A DNA stretch of 64,000 bases, from the IMG/VR virus record IMGVR_UViG_3300042890_002721, positions 1 through 64,000 of that record. One strand, written 5' to 3'. The notes below the pieces were generated by a model. That model searched no databases. It saw nothing but the letters and a program-made list of their open reading frames with translations, and had not been told where the DNA came from. The DNA is from a virus. The translations under genes were made by a program, and so were the position numbers. Below, in pieces: positions 8,472 to 17,121 of the stretch (position 1 is the stretch's first letter; every line of letters begins with the position of its first letter).

Positions 8472-8641
8472 TGACTTGTTACAAGATACGGGGGTTTTTA
8501 CTTCTAACCCAGTAGAGAAGTTTGCCAATTTTAAAAGAAAGGTCTTGACAACCTACAGTGGAATCTTTAGGACTCCTTCATTTATGTAGCTATATTTGTT
8601 TTTTTTTTTGGTTGCAGAATGCATCTTTAAAAAACAAGTCA
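8472..8641 (-). ncRNA. CAGCAA-stem element D, downstream of DUF2828 gene
   Basis: TGACTTGTT...AAGATGC-ATTCTGCAAC...GTATCTT-G-T-AACAAGTCA; internal hairpins. Confidence 0.55.
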
Positions 8642-8647
8642 AATAAA

Positions 8648-8677
8648 AATGAGTGACCAGTTACCCGACCACCCATT
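8648..8677 (-). terminator. strong hairpin after DUF2828 gene (terminator or processing stem)
   Basis: AATGGGTGGTCGG-GTAA-CTGGTCACTCATT. Confidence 0.55.
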
Positions 8678-8684
8678 AATAATA

Positions 8685-10112
8685 TTATACTGTAACAGCA
8701 GCGTAACGCTCAGAGTCAATAACACTCAACATCATAGATATTGGAGTCATGTCTTTCCCACCTAACAAATTAGTAAGCAATGCTGGGCTGAACCCAGATA
8801 CCAATGCTGTACCTTCTTTATCGAAACGTACTGGTTTGTTGTTATCACCTCTTGATTGGATGTTCCAATATACCAACTTAGGCATTGTGTACCCAGCTTG
8901 AGCATAAAGAGATTCAACCATATCTTGAGCAGTCCACCCACGAACACTACCACAATTGAATTCCATGTCTGATAACATAAGAATCATTGTTGGCATTTCT
9001 TCTGGTGCAACATTTGACTCAACAGCTTTAGTTAAAAGCATTCTAAACGCTTTTTCAACATTAGTGTCGTACCCAACTGGACCTTGGATTTGTCTGTATC
9101 TCTCAGACAAACTACCTTTAAGGTATTGTAGTGTTGGGTTAGATGTGAACGTGATGAACGCATCTTTGAAGGGACCTTCGTTTCTTTCTGAGATGTATAA
9201 CCCCAAAGAGATTGCTACATCCATACAAGTTACGTTAGCATTTTGACCAGCTGGAGAACCCATTGACCCAGAAACGTCTACCATTGGTAAAAGTCTCTCG
9301 TTGTTACCTTCCATGTAGTTAGGCAAAGCATCCCATTGTACGTTAGCACCTTTGGTATTACCAGTCTTCATGTTTTTAACGATGTCGTATGGGTATACTG
9401 CACCAGCATTGATTTTAGCTTCACCTTTCTCAACACTTGTCAAGTAAGCTTGGAAACGCTCTAAATCATTTTTAGAGAAAGCTTTCATTAAATCACTCAT
9501 TGCTTTTGAAGGCAATTTAGAGTAATCGATTTTAGAGAATTCTCTAGAACACATTAATTGCTCAACAGTGTTAGAGTTTTCAACTAATAACTTACGGTAC
9601 TCTTTTGGAGATAAACCTAAGTGTTTTCTAAGTGCAGACGCTTGTCTTTTCTTATCACGATTACCAACATTTGGACGTGGCATCCATTTAGCACAAAGAC
9701 CATTTTTATCAGCTAAACCAGTAGCTATTAATGATAATGCTTGGTTTTCCAATGGGGTACCAACCAACACTAAAAGGTCATCCCATCTACCGTATTCAGC
9801 AAATAAACCTAAGTTTTTTGCAAGAGTTTCAGTACGATTTTCAGCCAAATAAGTAACGATATCTCTAAAGATTTGTCTTTCACCAGCACCACCACGTACA
9901 TCACGAGCCCAAAATAACAAACGCATAGCTGTTAATTGATTTTCACCAAAAGCTTTCGTAAATGCATTTATAAGACGAGTCTTATCTTGACCTCTCATCG
10001 CACCAATTTGGAAGAACAAGTCAACACAAAGGTTTAAAGATGATGAATTAGTTACCATACCGTTTTCAGTATAAGAATTTTTTGTTTGCATAGCTTTTAA
10101 TAATGTACTCAT
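8685..10112 (-). CDS. DUF2828-family helical + vWA protein (TROVE/Ro60-like architecture)
   Basis: TENG, RDVRGGAGER, YGRWDDL, AKWMPR, MIDAS VDVSGSM, LSDMEF, VYWN, VSGFSP. Confidence 0.88.
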   Translation of the reverse strand: MSTLLKAMQTKNSYTENGMVTNSSSLNLCVDLFFQIGAMRGQDKTRLINAFTKAFGENQLTAMRLLFWARDVRGGAGERQIFRDIVTYLAENRTETLAKNLGLFAEYGRWDDLLVLVGTPLENQALSLIATGLADKNGLCAKWMPRPNVGNRDKKRQASALRKHLGLSPKEYRKLLVENSNTVEQLMCSREFSKIDYSKLPSKAMSDLMKAFSKNDLERFQAYLTSVEKGEAKINAGAVYPYDIVKNMKTGNTKGANVQWDALPNYMEGNNERLLPMVDVSGSMGSPAGQNANVTCMDVAISLGLYISERNEGPFKDAFITFTSNPTLQYLKGSLSERYRQIQGPVGYDTNVEKAFRMLLTKAVESNVAPEEMPTMILMLSDMEFNCGSVRGWTAQDMVESLYAQAGYTMPKLVYWNIQSRGDNNKPVRFDKEGTALVSGFSPALLTNLLGGKDMTPISMMLSVIDSERYAAVTV

Positions 10113-10139
10113 GATTTTTATATTTTTAAGATTAATATT

Positions 10140-10172
10140 GCAAAGTTACCATTTTTTTTGACTCGTGTCAAG
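10140..10172 (-). promoter_or_regulatory. sigma70-type promoter of DUF2828 gene
   Basis: CTTGACACGAGT...GTAACTTTGC; near-identical upstream element to the RNA operon promoter. Confidence 0.7.
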
Positions 10173-10224
10173 TTTTTTTGTTTATTTTTTTAAATTATTT
10201 TTTAAGTGACTGAAATATAGTTAC

Positions 10225-10749
10225 TTATAACTTAGTAAACCAAGCTTTAAATTTAGTACTAGTATCATATAAGTTTACAAATTCAACACCAATAATTTGT
10301 GAACCACTAGCAAAACCTAAACCTAATTGGTCAGTACTACAGTGCATGTAGTTAACTGGCATAAGTGGTTTAAATGTTAATGTCATATTATTTTGTGCTG
10401 AATATAATGTATATGAAGCACTGTTTGTTGTATCTGAACCAATATAATATTTGATATTAGTTACAAAGTGTAATGTATCATACATTATTGTTGTCCCAAA
10501 ACCGTTCATAATCTTTGTTAATAACCAAGTTGTACCAACTAAATCATTTGTTTGTGTTCCACTAGTCCAATTTGGTAATGTACCACCATTGGTATATTGA
10601 TTTTGCCAATTAGTAGTGTCAACACTTGTTGGTGGAACATACGGTGCTGGGTTATTTTTTTTACAACCAGTAACTGTAAACATTATTAACACTGTTGTTA
10701 TAATACCTAACAAAAAAGCAATGTTTTTATAAATTTTAAAATCTTTCAT
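10225..10749 (-). CDS. lipoprotein
   Basis: Signal peptide with lipobox VTG-C followed by KK. Confidence 0.8.
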   Translation of the reverse strand: MKDFKIYKNIAFLLGIITTVLIMFTVTGCKKNNPAPYVPPTSVDTTNWQNQYTNGGTLPNWTSGTQTNDLVGTTWLLTKIMNGFGTTIMYDTLHFVTNIKYYIGSDTTNSASYTLYSAQNNMTLTFKPLMPVNYMHCSTDQLGLGFASGSQIIGVEFVNLYDTSTKFKAWFTKL

Positions 10750-10797
10750 ATTTTCTTATTTTTAACAAAGGTAAACATAATATTTTGATTTACCAAA

Positions 10798-11406
10798 TTA
10801 TTTAACAAAATTTTTCACATATTGTTTCCTATGGTATTTATTCGAACTATATTCTTTTAATGCTGAGATATGGTCTGGTGTTAAATAACCCTTATTTGAT
10901 GACCAATTATATTCTGGGTGTAGTTCATGTAATTTAACCATATAAGCATCACGTCTAACCTTAGCTACTATAGCTGCCGCTGCAATGCATATGTATGTAT
11001 CATCACCTTTAGGTACTAAATCAACACTAGCATTATTCACACCATTATATGGTTCCCAAACTGTACCATCAACAAGAATGTATTCTGGTTTAACCGCTAA
11101 TTCATCTAAACATTTTCGCATAGACTTAAATGTAGCTGGATTTATACCTAACTCATCAATACTAGTAACAGACCCAGCGTTACATGTAATGGCTATAGCG
11201 TTAGTTAATATTAATTCGTAGGCATTGAGTCTCTGTTTCTCTGAAAGCTTCTTAGAGTCTCTTATAAGCTCTGATTTGAAACCTTTAGGCATAATGACCG
11301 CAGCCGTAACTACTGGACCAGCACCACAACCCCTACCAACTTCATCTAAACCAACTACATATTGGTATTCACCGAAGTCTTCAAGAATCTTTTTCTGTTT
11401 TGCCAT
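10798..11406 (-). CDS. rnhB: ribonuclease HII
   Basis: GLDEVGRGCGAGPV, DSKKL, LVDG, KGD, AAAIVAKVRRD, NKGY. Confidence 0.96.
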   Translation of the reverse strand: MAKQKKILEDFGEYQYVVGLDEVGRGCGAGPVVTAAVIMPKGFKSELIRDSKKLSEKQRLNAYELILTNAIAITCNAGSVTSIDELGINPATFKSMRKCLDELAVKPEYILVDGTVWEPYNGVNNASVDLVPKGDDTYICIAAAAIVAKVRRDAYMVKLHELHPEYNWSSNKGYLTPDHISALKEYSSNKYHRKQYVKNFVK

Positions 11407-11647
11407 TTTTTATTTTTTTAAAGTAATCGTATAAAGCCCACATTGAGATAAGTGTCCAAGTAGCTTCAAGAATTATAAATGGTTCATATTGAATCATACA
11501 AGATGCTGTGCATGCAAGAATACCACCAATGATATTAAGAATAATATATAATGGATGGTCATTATCTAATCTATCTAGAATATTTAAGAGGAAAGCGAAT
11601 AGCATTAAAACCACACCAGCTGAACCTATCATATCGCTTATTGTCAT
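11381..11647 (-). CDS. small multi-TM protein (CBU_0592-like)
   Basis: Three hydrophobic helices, LNIIGG, PFIILEATW. Confidence 0.75.
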   Translation of the reverse strand: MTISDMIGSAGVVLMLFAFLLNILDRLDNDHPLYIILNIIGGILACTASCMIQYEPFIILEATWTLISMWALYDYFKKIKNGKTEKDS

Positions 11648-11692
11648 AATAATTTTTTAACAAATGTACGATATATATTTTAATTAAACAAA

Positions 11693-11923
11693 TTATTCTT
11701 GTGGTTTTTTACTTATTTTAACTAAAATACCATGTATAACCACTTCAAATTCATCTGTTGGGTCGAATTGTAAGTATTGTGGGTTAGTTTTATAAAAAAC
11801 TTCTTTATTTAATTTATTATGAGTATCTTCATCCAATACATAATGCATTGTTAAACCCAATTTATTTATTTTTTCGCTTACAGCCATTTCAGTAATGGTT
11901 TGTATTAATTCATCACATGTCAT
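11693..11923 (-). CDS. hypothetical protein
   Basis: ORF in operon. Confidence 0.7.
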   Translation of the reverse strand: MTCDELIQTITEMAVSEKINKLGLTMHYVLDEDTHNKLNKEVFYKTNPQYLQFDPTDEFEVVIHGILVKISKKPQE

Positions 11924-11924
11924 A

Positions 11925-12146
11925 TTAAAACTTTGTAAAAATATTTTTAATTATTATGGCTAATTTTTGGTACCAAGTTTTTTTTATAATTTTAACCTTA
12001 CTAGGATTTGATTTAATATCTTTACCTAAACCAGTTTTTAATTCATTTATAAATGTAACTTTTACTTTAGCAGTTTTATACATATCTAAAAGTTTTTCTC
12101 TTTCAGCACCTTCAATTTCTATATCTATAATGTTTTTTTTACTCAT
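11925..12146 (-). CDS. hypothetical protein
   Basis: Likely start MSKKN. Confidence 0.65.
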   Translation of the reverse strand: MSKKNIIDIEIEGAEREKLLDMYKTAKVKVTFINELKTGLGKDIKSNPSKVKIIKKTWYQKLAIIIKNIFTKF

Positions 12147-12579
12147 ATATATTGGCAATTTTTTCAGCTAAGCCTTTGTATAATGGGCTTGGTAGATTAT
12201 CTTTTGAAAACCAACCGTAGTTTAAGTTCTCATGGTCCAATATAGGTTTAAATTCTCGATTAGTAAACCCTTCAAAGTAATGAAATTCTCTATTTTTATT
12301 AGGTATGTGTTCAATATTTATTTTTTTGAATGTAATATCATTTGTTTTAATAAATAATTCCTCATATATTTCTCGTTTGATTCCATCGATTATATTTTCA
12401 CCTTCATCAATACCACCAGACATAAGAGACCATATTGGTGTTGTATCATTTCGTAATAATAGAAAAACTCTATCAGTTGTTTCACATTTAAGTAAAACAC
12501 CACCAATTACTTGTTTTTCATCATTATCATTCATTAGTCTTTGGTTTAATACTTCCCTTATATATTTTTTAGTTATCAT
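12139..12579 (-). CDS. NUDIX hydrolase
   Basis: GGIDEGENIIDGIKREIYEEL Nudix box. Confidence 0.9.
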   Translation of the reverse strand: MITKKYIREVLNQRLMNDNDEKQVIGGVLLKCETTDRVFLLLRNDTTPIWSLMSGGIDEGENIIDGIKREIYEELFIKTNDITFKKINIEHIPNKNREFHYFEGFTNREFKPILDHENLNYGWFSKDNLPSPLYKGLAEKIANIYE

Positions 12580-12650
12580 AACTTTTATACACTTATTTAT
12601 AATAAATATTTACTATTAATATTAGAATCCATATATTTGAATAAAAACTT

Positions 12651-12992
12651 ATGATTTCATTAACATTTATTTTGATTTGTTACGGAGCATGTAACAATAT
12701 GATTTACGGCTCAGTATTTGAAGGGTTTAGAAAGTTTATGTCTAGATTCGGGACAAGCGGTTATAGCTTGCATAAATTATTCACATGTTTTATGTGTCTT
12801 GGAACTTGGATGGGTTTTGCATTATCATTGATAATGGCACATTTCGGTTTTGAACATTTAACACCAATGGGTGCTTTAGGTATAACAAATTTAGGATTGT
12901 TAGTATTCTTAAATGGATTGTTGAGTGGTGGTGGTGTATGGTTAACTCACACACTACAAGAAGCCCTAGAACGAGCGTTCAATAAAGAGTAA
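12651..12992 (+). CDS. membrane protein (DUF1360-like)
   Basis: LFTCFMCLGTW motif, TM helices; TATATTTG promoter upstream. Confidence 0.75.
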   Translation: MISLTFILICYGACNNMIYGSVFEGFRKFMSRFGTSGYSLHKLFTCFMCLGTWMGFALSLIMAHFGFEHLTPMGALGITNLGLLVFLNGLLSGGGVWLTHTLQEALERAFNKE

Positions 12993-13034
12993 TAATATTT
13001 CGCTTTTTACTAAATATAGCTCCTTATAGGGGCT

Positions 13035-13235
13035 TTATTTTTGCTCTTCAGTTTCGTCTTGGTCGATGATTCTAAATCTAAGCAAAGGTTTACCGTTTAT
13101 GGTTATTTCACCCTTATCGTTTTCACCGATTTCTTTAACCTTTATCTTTTTATTCTTAAACTTACCACCAAGAATAGTATCACCAACGTTGATATCAATG
13201 CTTATAGCTTCATTAAATAGATTAGTTAATTTCAT
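13035..13235 (-). CDS. small hypothetical protein (late, head-associated candidate)
   Basis: Likely start MKLTNLFNE right after TATTTATA. Confidence 0.7.
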   Translation of the reverse strand: MKLTNLFNEAISIDINVGDTILGGKFKNKKIKVKEIGENDKGEITINGKPLLRFRIIDQDETEEQK

Positions 13236-13258
13236 ATTTATAAATATCATATAAAACA

Positions 13259-13285
13259 AAAAAGAGGCCACTTAAGCCTCTTTTT
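13259..13285. terminator. intrinsic terminator
   Basis: AAAAAGAGGC-CACTTAA-GCCTCTTTTT. Confidence 0.75.
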
Positions 13286-13288
13286 ATT

Positions 13289-14068
13289 TTAGTATCCTTT
13301 TGAATCTATGCATTTTCCGCACGCTTCATCTAGTCCACAATCACAATCGGTTTCATATTCATTTTCTGTTACCATCATTTCAACTTTTTTTCTTGGTGGT
13401 AATTCAACCTTCTTTGACATGTTTTTATTAGTTTTATTCTTTTTAGATTCTATTGCTCTCATATTTCTTTCAGCTCTAGCTTCTTCTTCGATTAATTCTA
13501 ATTCCTCATCTGTCATTTCAATTGGTGTTCCATTTTCATCAACATATGGAAGTGGGGTGTGTTTATCCGTTGGTGGAATATATTCATCCACATCGTCTTC
13601 ATACTCCTCTTCAAATGTTGGTTGTGGTGTTGATATTGGTTCATAGTTGATAGTCTCATCCATTTCATCATCAATATCAATATCAAAATCATTTAAGTTT
13701 GGTACTAATTCTTCATCACTAAAAGTAAAATTAAGTCTTTGTAGTTTTATTAAACTATTTTTCTTAAATACTTCTTTAAGTTCATTAACTTTAGTACGTA
13801 ACAAATCATGTTTCTTTTCTCTCTCAAGATTTAACTTGATTGTCTTATCAACATAACTTAACAACTCATCTAACCCTACACCTTTTACTTCACTAAAAAT
13901 CATATAATAGTTAAGTCCATCATCACCTTTAACTTTTTTAATACTAGAATCTTCTGGAACAGTCCAACCATCTTTGAATACAACATCAACAAGAGCTGTA
14001 CCTTCTAAGTATCTAATACCTATAACGTAAGGTTGTAGTGAATCTAATGTTTTTTGTATATTTGACAT
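13289..14068 (-). CDS. hypothetical acidic protein with C-terminal CxC...CxxC
   Basis: 259-aa ORF. Confidence 0.8.
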   Translation of the reverse strand: MSNIQKTLDSLQPYVIGIRYLEGTALVDVVFKDGWTVPEDSSIKKVKGDDGLNYYMIFSEVKGVGLDELLSYVDKTIKLNLEREKKHDLLRTKVNELKEVFKKNSLIKLQRLNFTFSDEELVPNLNDFDIDIDDEMDETINYEPISTPQPTFEEEYEDDVDEYIPPTDKHTPLPYVDENGTPIEMTDEELELIEEEARAERNMRAIESKKNKTNKNMSKKVELPPRKKVEMMVTENEYETDCDCGLDEACGKCIDSKGY

Positions 14069-14082
14069 AGGTTATAATTTAG

Positions 14083-14295
14083 TTATAAAGTTATACCAGT
14101 GAATATCACTGTTATAACATATGAAATAGCTATACTTAATAAAATTAATGATGTATTTGAAACTCTGTATTTGTTTGGTTCTTCTTCTGTGGATGTCAAT
14201 AAAGCTTGAATAAAGTAATAACCATGTCTTATCGTTTTTAACAACGACATAAAAAACAATATCATCAATATCTTATTAAGTATAACTACAATCAT
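14083..14295 (-). CDS. small membrane protein
   Basis: Two hydrophobic segments. Confidence 0.65.
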   Translation of the reverse strand: MIVVILNKILMILFFMSLLKTIRHGYYFIQALLTSTEEEPNKYRVSNTSLILLSIAISYVITVIFTGITL

Positions 14296-14306
14296 ATTTT
14301 TTATTA

Positions 14307-14486
14307 TTATGCTTCTTTTTTATTTTTGTTAGAAACTTCGATACGAAGTGCTTGAGCAGTTGTTTTAATCTCTTGTAAACCTTTTCTAAGTCTTACACCA
14401 GCAGCTTTATTATCTTTTTCGTAAAATTTAATTGCATCTTCTTCTAAAGAAGCAATAAGTGTTTTTAATTCATTAAAATTCTCCAT
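14307..14486 (-). CDS. histone H1-like (Hc1-family) nucleoid protein
   Basis: KFYEKDNKAAGVRLRKGLQEIK...LR motif. Confidence 0.85.
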   Translation of the reverse strand: MENFNELKTLIASLEEDAIKFYEKDNKAAGVRLRKGLQEIKTTAQALRIEVSNKNKKEA

Positions 14487-14715
14487 TTTGTTCATTGTTT
14501 AAAATGTTGTTATTGTTATTGATTGAAAACATAGATGTAAATTTAACTATGCTAGCTTCAACCATCACCATCTTAGATAGTAATTTTTTTATTTTTTTTG
14601 TTTTTTCATTGACACCTAGGTTGGAGTTAATAGTTGATTCCAATTCATCTTCTAATTTTAACACATCAGAATTTAAATCCATCATCACTATTTTAAAAAG
14701 TCTTTCTCCATCCAT
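14473..14715 (-). CDS. hypothetical protein
   Basis: ORF in operon. Confidence 0.65.
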   Translation of the reverse strand: MDGERLFKIVMMDLNSDVLKLEDELESTINSNLGVNEKTKKIKKLLSKMVMVEASIVKFTSMFSINNNNNILNNEQNGEF

Positions 14716-14766
14716 ATTTTAAAACTACTACATTATTATTAAAAATAAATACTAAAAACCTTTTTT

Positions 14767-15237
14767 TTAGATTATTTTCAATGATTTCTCAAAAATTCTG
14801 TAAATTTCAATTAATGTATCCATATCGGCATTGGTTTTAACCCTATTATAATCAAAAATATTATCCCATAAAGATAAGACGTTTTTACCAGAATTTTCAA
14901 ATATTACTTTATCTGTTGACGTATAGAATACTTCTAGCATAAATTCTAAGAAATAATTATATAGCTTAATATTTTGAAATATAATACCTTCAGTGATGAA
15001 ATTGGTTATGTTGGTATCCCAACACCATTTAAAATGATTTTCTTGGTCATCTATGTTGGTAACGTCATCACCCATGTAAGTATCAAATGTAAGCATTAAT
15101 AATGATTGCACAAAATCATTATAAAGCTCACATTTCTCATACTTTATATTATTAGCACCATAAATAATTATGATACTTTCTTTACTCATTGGTGTGTTGA
15201 TATAATCCAAAAAATTAATTCTATTTTTATTATCCAT
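14767..15237 (-). CDS. hypothetical protein
   Basis: 156-aa ORF. Confidence 0.8.
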   Translation of the reverse strand: MDNKNRINFLDYINTPMSKESIIIIYGANNIKYEKCELYNDFVQSLLMLTFDTYMGDDVTNIDDQENHFKWCWDTNITNFITEGIIFQNIKLYNYFLEFMLEVFYTSTDKVIFENSGKNVLSLWDNIFDYNRVKTNADMDTLIEIYRIFEKSLKII

Positions 15238-15282
15238 TAATATTTTTCTAATAATATAATACCATTATTAGAAAAATAAATA

Positions 15283-15408
15283 TTATTTTATATCATTTGA
15301 TTCTATTAGTGTATAAGTAAATGAATTACCATGAATCTTAGCAGACTTTTTAACTATCTTCATGAATTCATCAAAATCTTTAACCCTCTTAAAAACTTGA
15401 CACCCTTC
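15283..15408 (-). pseudogene. displaced original 3' end of gene 15972..16571
   Basis: Encodes EGCQVFKRVKDFDEFMKIVKKSAKIHGNSFTYTLIESNDIK*, near-identical to the C-terminus at 15972..16100. Confidence 0.92.
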
Positions 15409-15988
15409 ACGTAGCATCTTCAATTATATATCTTCTTTTTAATTTATAAGTATTTTTACACATTCGTATATTACTAGGTTTAGCATTAAGACCTATTGCA
15501 CAATCTTTAGAGTTATTAAAAAAATAAATTTCACCAGTTTGTGTGTCAGTAACTTTTAATGGTACTTTACTATTTGAATCACTTTGTTTCTTTTTAAAAG
15601 AATCATTGACAAATTTACCACCATAGTTAGGATTATTAACACCTTTATTAGCTTTAGAAATTTTTAAAATTATTTCACACCTATTTGGATGGTTAGAAAT
15701 AGTATCACCACCATCACCACCATTTGTCATATTAATCAAACTTCCGTTATTAATTTTACGACCAATACGATTAATCCAATATATTTCTCTTTCTAATGAT
15801 TCAATATTAGTTAACCCATCTTCCAATATTATAATATCATACCCATATTTATTTACAATACGATGCCAATATTTAGAACGACCATGTGTACTAACACATC
15901 TATCACCAAAACCTTTACCAACATAAAAAACAACATTTGTTGCTGTATTTATATGTGCATATACATAATATTTAGTGTTTAACATCAT
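15407..15988 (-). CDS. GIY-YIG homing endonuclease with NUMOD-type DNA-binding tail
   Basis: YYVYAH...FYVGKG...R...E...LINMTNGGDGG; NKGVNNPNYG. Confidence 0.88.
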   Translation of the reverse strand: MMLNTKYYVYAHINTATNVVFYVGKGFGDRCVSTHGRSKYWHRIVNKYGYDIIILEDGLTNIESLEREIYWINRIGRKINNGSLINMTNGGDGGDTISNHPNRCEIILKISKANKGVNNPNYGGKFVNDSFKKKQSDSNSKVPLKVTDTQTGEIYFFNNSKDCAIGLNAKPSNIRMCKNTYKLKRRYIIEDAT

Positions 15989-16571
15989 TACTATTAATTA
16001 AAGTTAGTGTAAATGAATTACCATGAATCTTTGCTGCTTTCTTAACTATTTTCATGAACTCATCAAAATCTTTAACCCTCTTAAAAACTAAACAACCTTC
16101 TGACCAGTTTTCAACCCAAGTTGAATCTTTACCAGCTTTATGGATATTGATACCGAATACACCTTCATCAATCTTTGTTTCATCAAATACTAAATCTTTA
16201 TTTGGGTCACGATAAACCTTTACCGATTTTGCTTGTTTTAAGGCCTCGTACTTACCTTGGTGAAGACCTAACGCATGTGAACCTCTATATTGTCCTTCAA
16301 CAAGTCTAGCAACACCTTTAGCGTTGTGATATTCCATTACACCTTTCTTACCTGGTTCTGTTGTGTTCATCCATTCTTTATAAACCCAATTACCAGTCTC
16401 ATCTTTATATGATATTGTAATCATATCATCAAATACGTTTGTTACTTTATTTGCAGTTGATGAGTTTCTAACACCTACGATGTTTACATCATAAGATTTA
16501 TTTTTTATGTCATTAAAATAGACATAACCTTTTGAAGACAATGCCGCTTCAATTTGTTCTCTTGTATACAT
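15972..16571 (-). CDS. YkuD/L,D-transpeptidase-like cell-wall enzyme
   Basis: GINIH...WSEGC His/Cys motif; adjacent to lysozyme. Confidence 0.65.
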   Translation of the reverse strand: MYTREQIEAALSSKGYVYFNDIKNKSYDVNIVGVRNSSTANKVTNVFDDMITISYKDETGNWVYKEWMNTTEPGKKGVMEYHNAKGVARLVEGQYRGSHALGLHQGKYEALKQAKSVKVYRDPNKDLVFDETKIDEGVFGINIHKAGKDSTWVENWSEGCLVFKRVKDFDEFMKIVKKAAKIHGNSFTLTLINSNDVKH

Positions 16572-16575
16572 AGTT

Positions 16576-17037
16576 TTATTTTTTAAAATATAAATCAGCT
16601 TCAGCTTGCCTTCTTAATACTAAGCCTTTTAAAACTTTATTTGAAGCTTTTGTCCATTTCATGAACTCAGCTCTTATTGTTTCATCTTTTGCGTTTTTGT
16701 TGACTTTCTTCAATAATGTTGACGATTTTAGGTTTGATGGTCCTAAGTTGTAACAAAATGATACTAGTGCGTCAAATTGGTGTTGTGTGATTGTATCTAT
16801 ACAATATGAGTCAACATATTGTTCAAATTTTGACAACATATCTTTTAGTAGTTCAACACCTTCTGCTTCAGTCATTGGTTTATCAGCCATTGTAACTTTT
16901 TTACCGTTAGGGTAGAAGGTCGCTCCGTATGCTATTGTTGGAATCCCAGCTGGACACTTATATGGTTTAGACATAAACCCTTCAAACTTTTTGATTAGTT
17001 CGATACCTTCACTACCCGTTTTTGTAATTTTTTCCAT
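16576..17037 (-). CDS. lysozyme (GH24 endolysin)
   Basis: IKKFEG...PYKCPAGIPTIAYG, QFDALVSFCYNLG, GLVLRRQAE. Confidence 0.93.
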   Translation of the reverse strand: MEKITKTGSEGIELIKKFEGFMSKPYKCPAGIPTIAYGATFYPNGKKVTMADKPMTEAEGVELLKDMLSKFEQYVDSYCIDTITQHQFDALVSFCYNLGPSNLKSSTLLKKVNKNAKDETIRAEFMKWTKASNKVLKGLVLRRQAEADLYFKK

Positions 17038-17072
17038 AATTATTATTGTTTAGTTATAAATATCTTTTAAAT

Positions 17073-17103
17073 AAAAAAGGTACCCGTTATGAGTACCTTT
17101 TTT
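17073..17103. terminator. intrinsic terminator
   Basis: AAAAAAGGTAC-CCGTTATGA-GTACCTTTTTT. Confidence 0.75.
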
Positions 17104-17121
17104 TATTTTATTTATATTTAA

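Noticed and set aside
15283-16100. Duplicated gene ends as DGR template/variable repeats or assembly error
   Set aside because: No reverse transcriptase in the window; differences are largely synonymous and not confined to adenines; copies are diverged rather than identical
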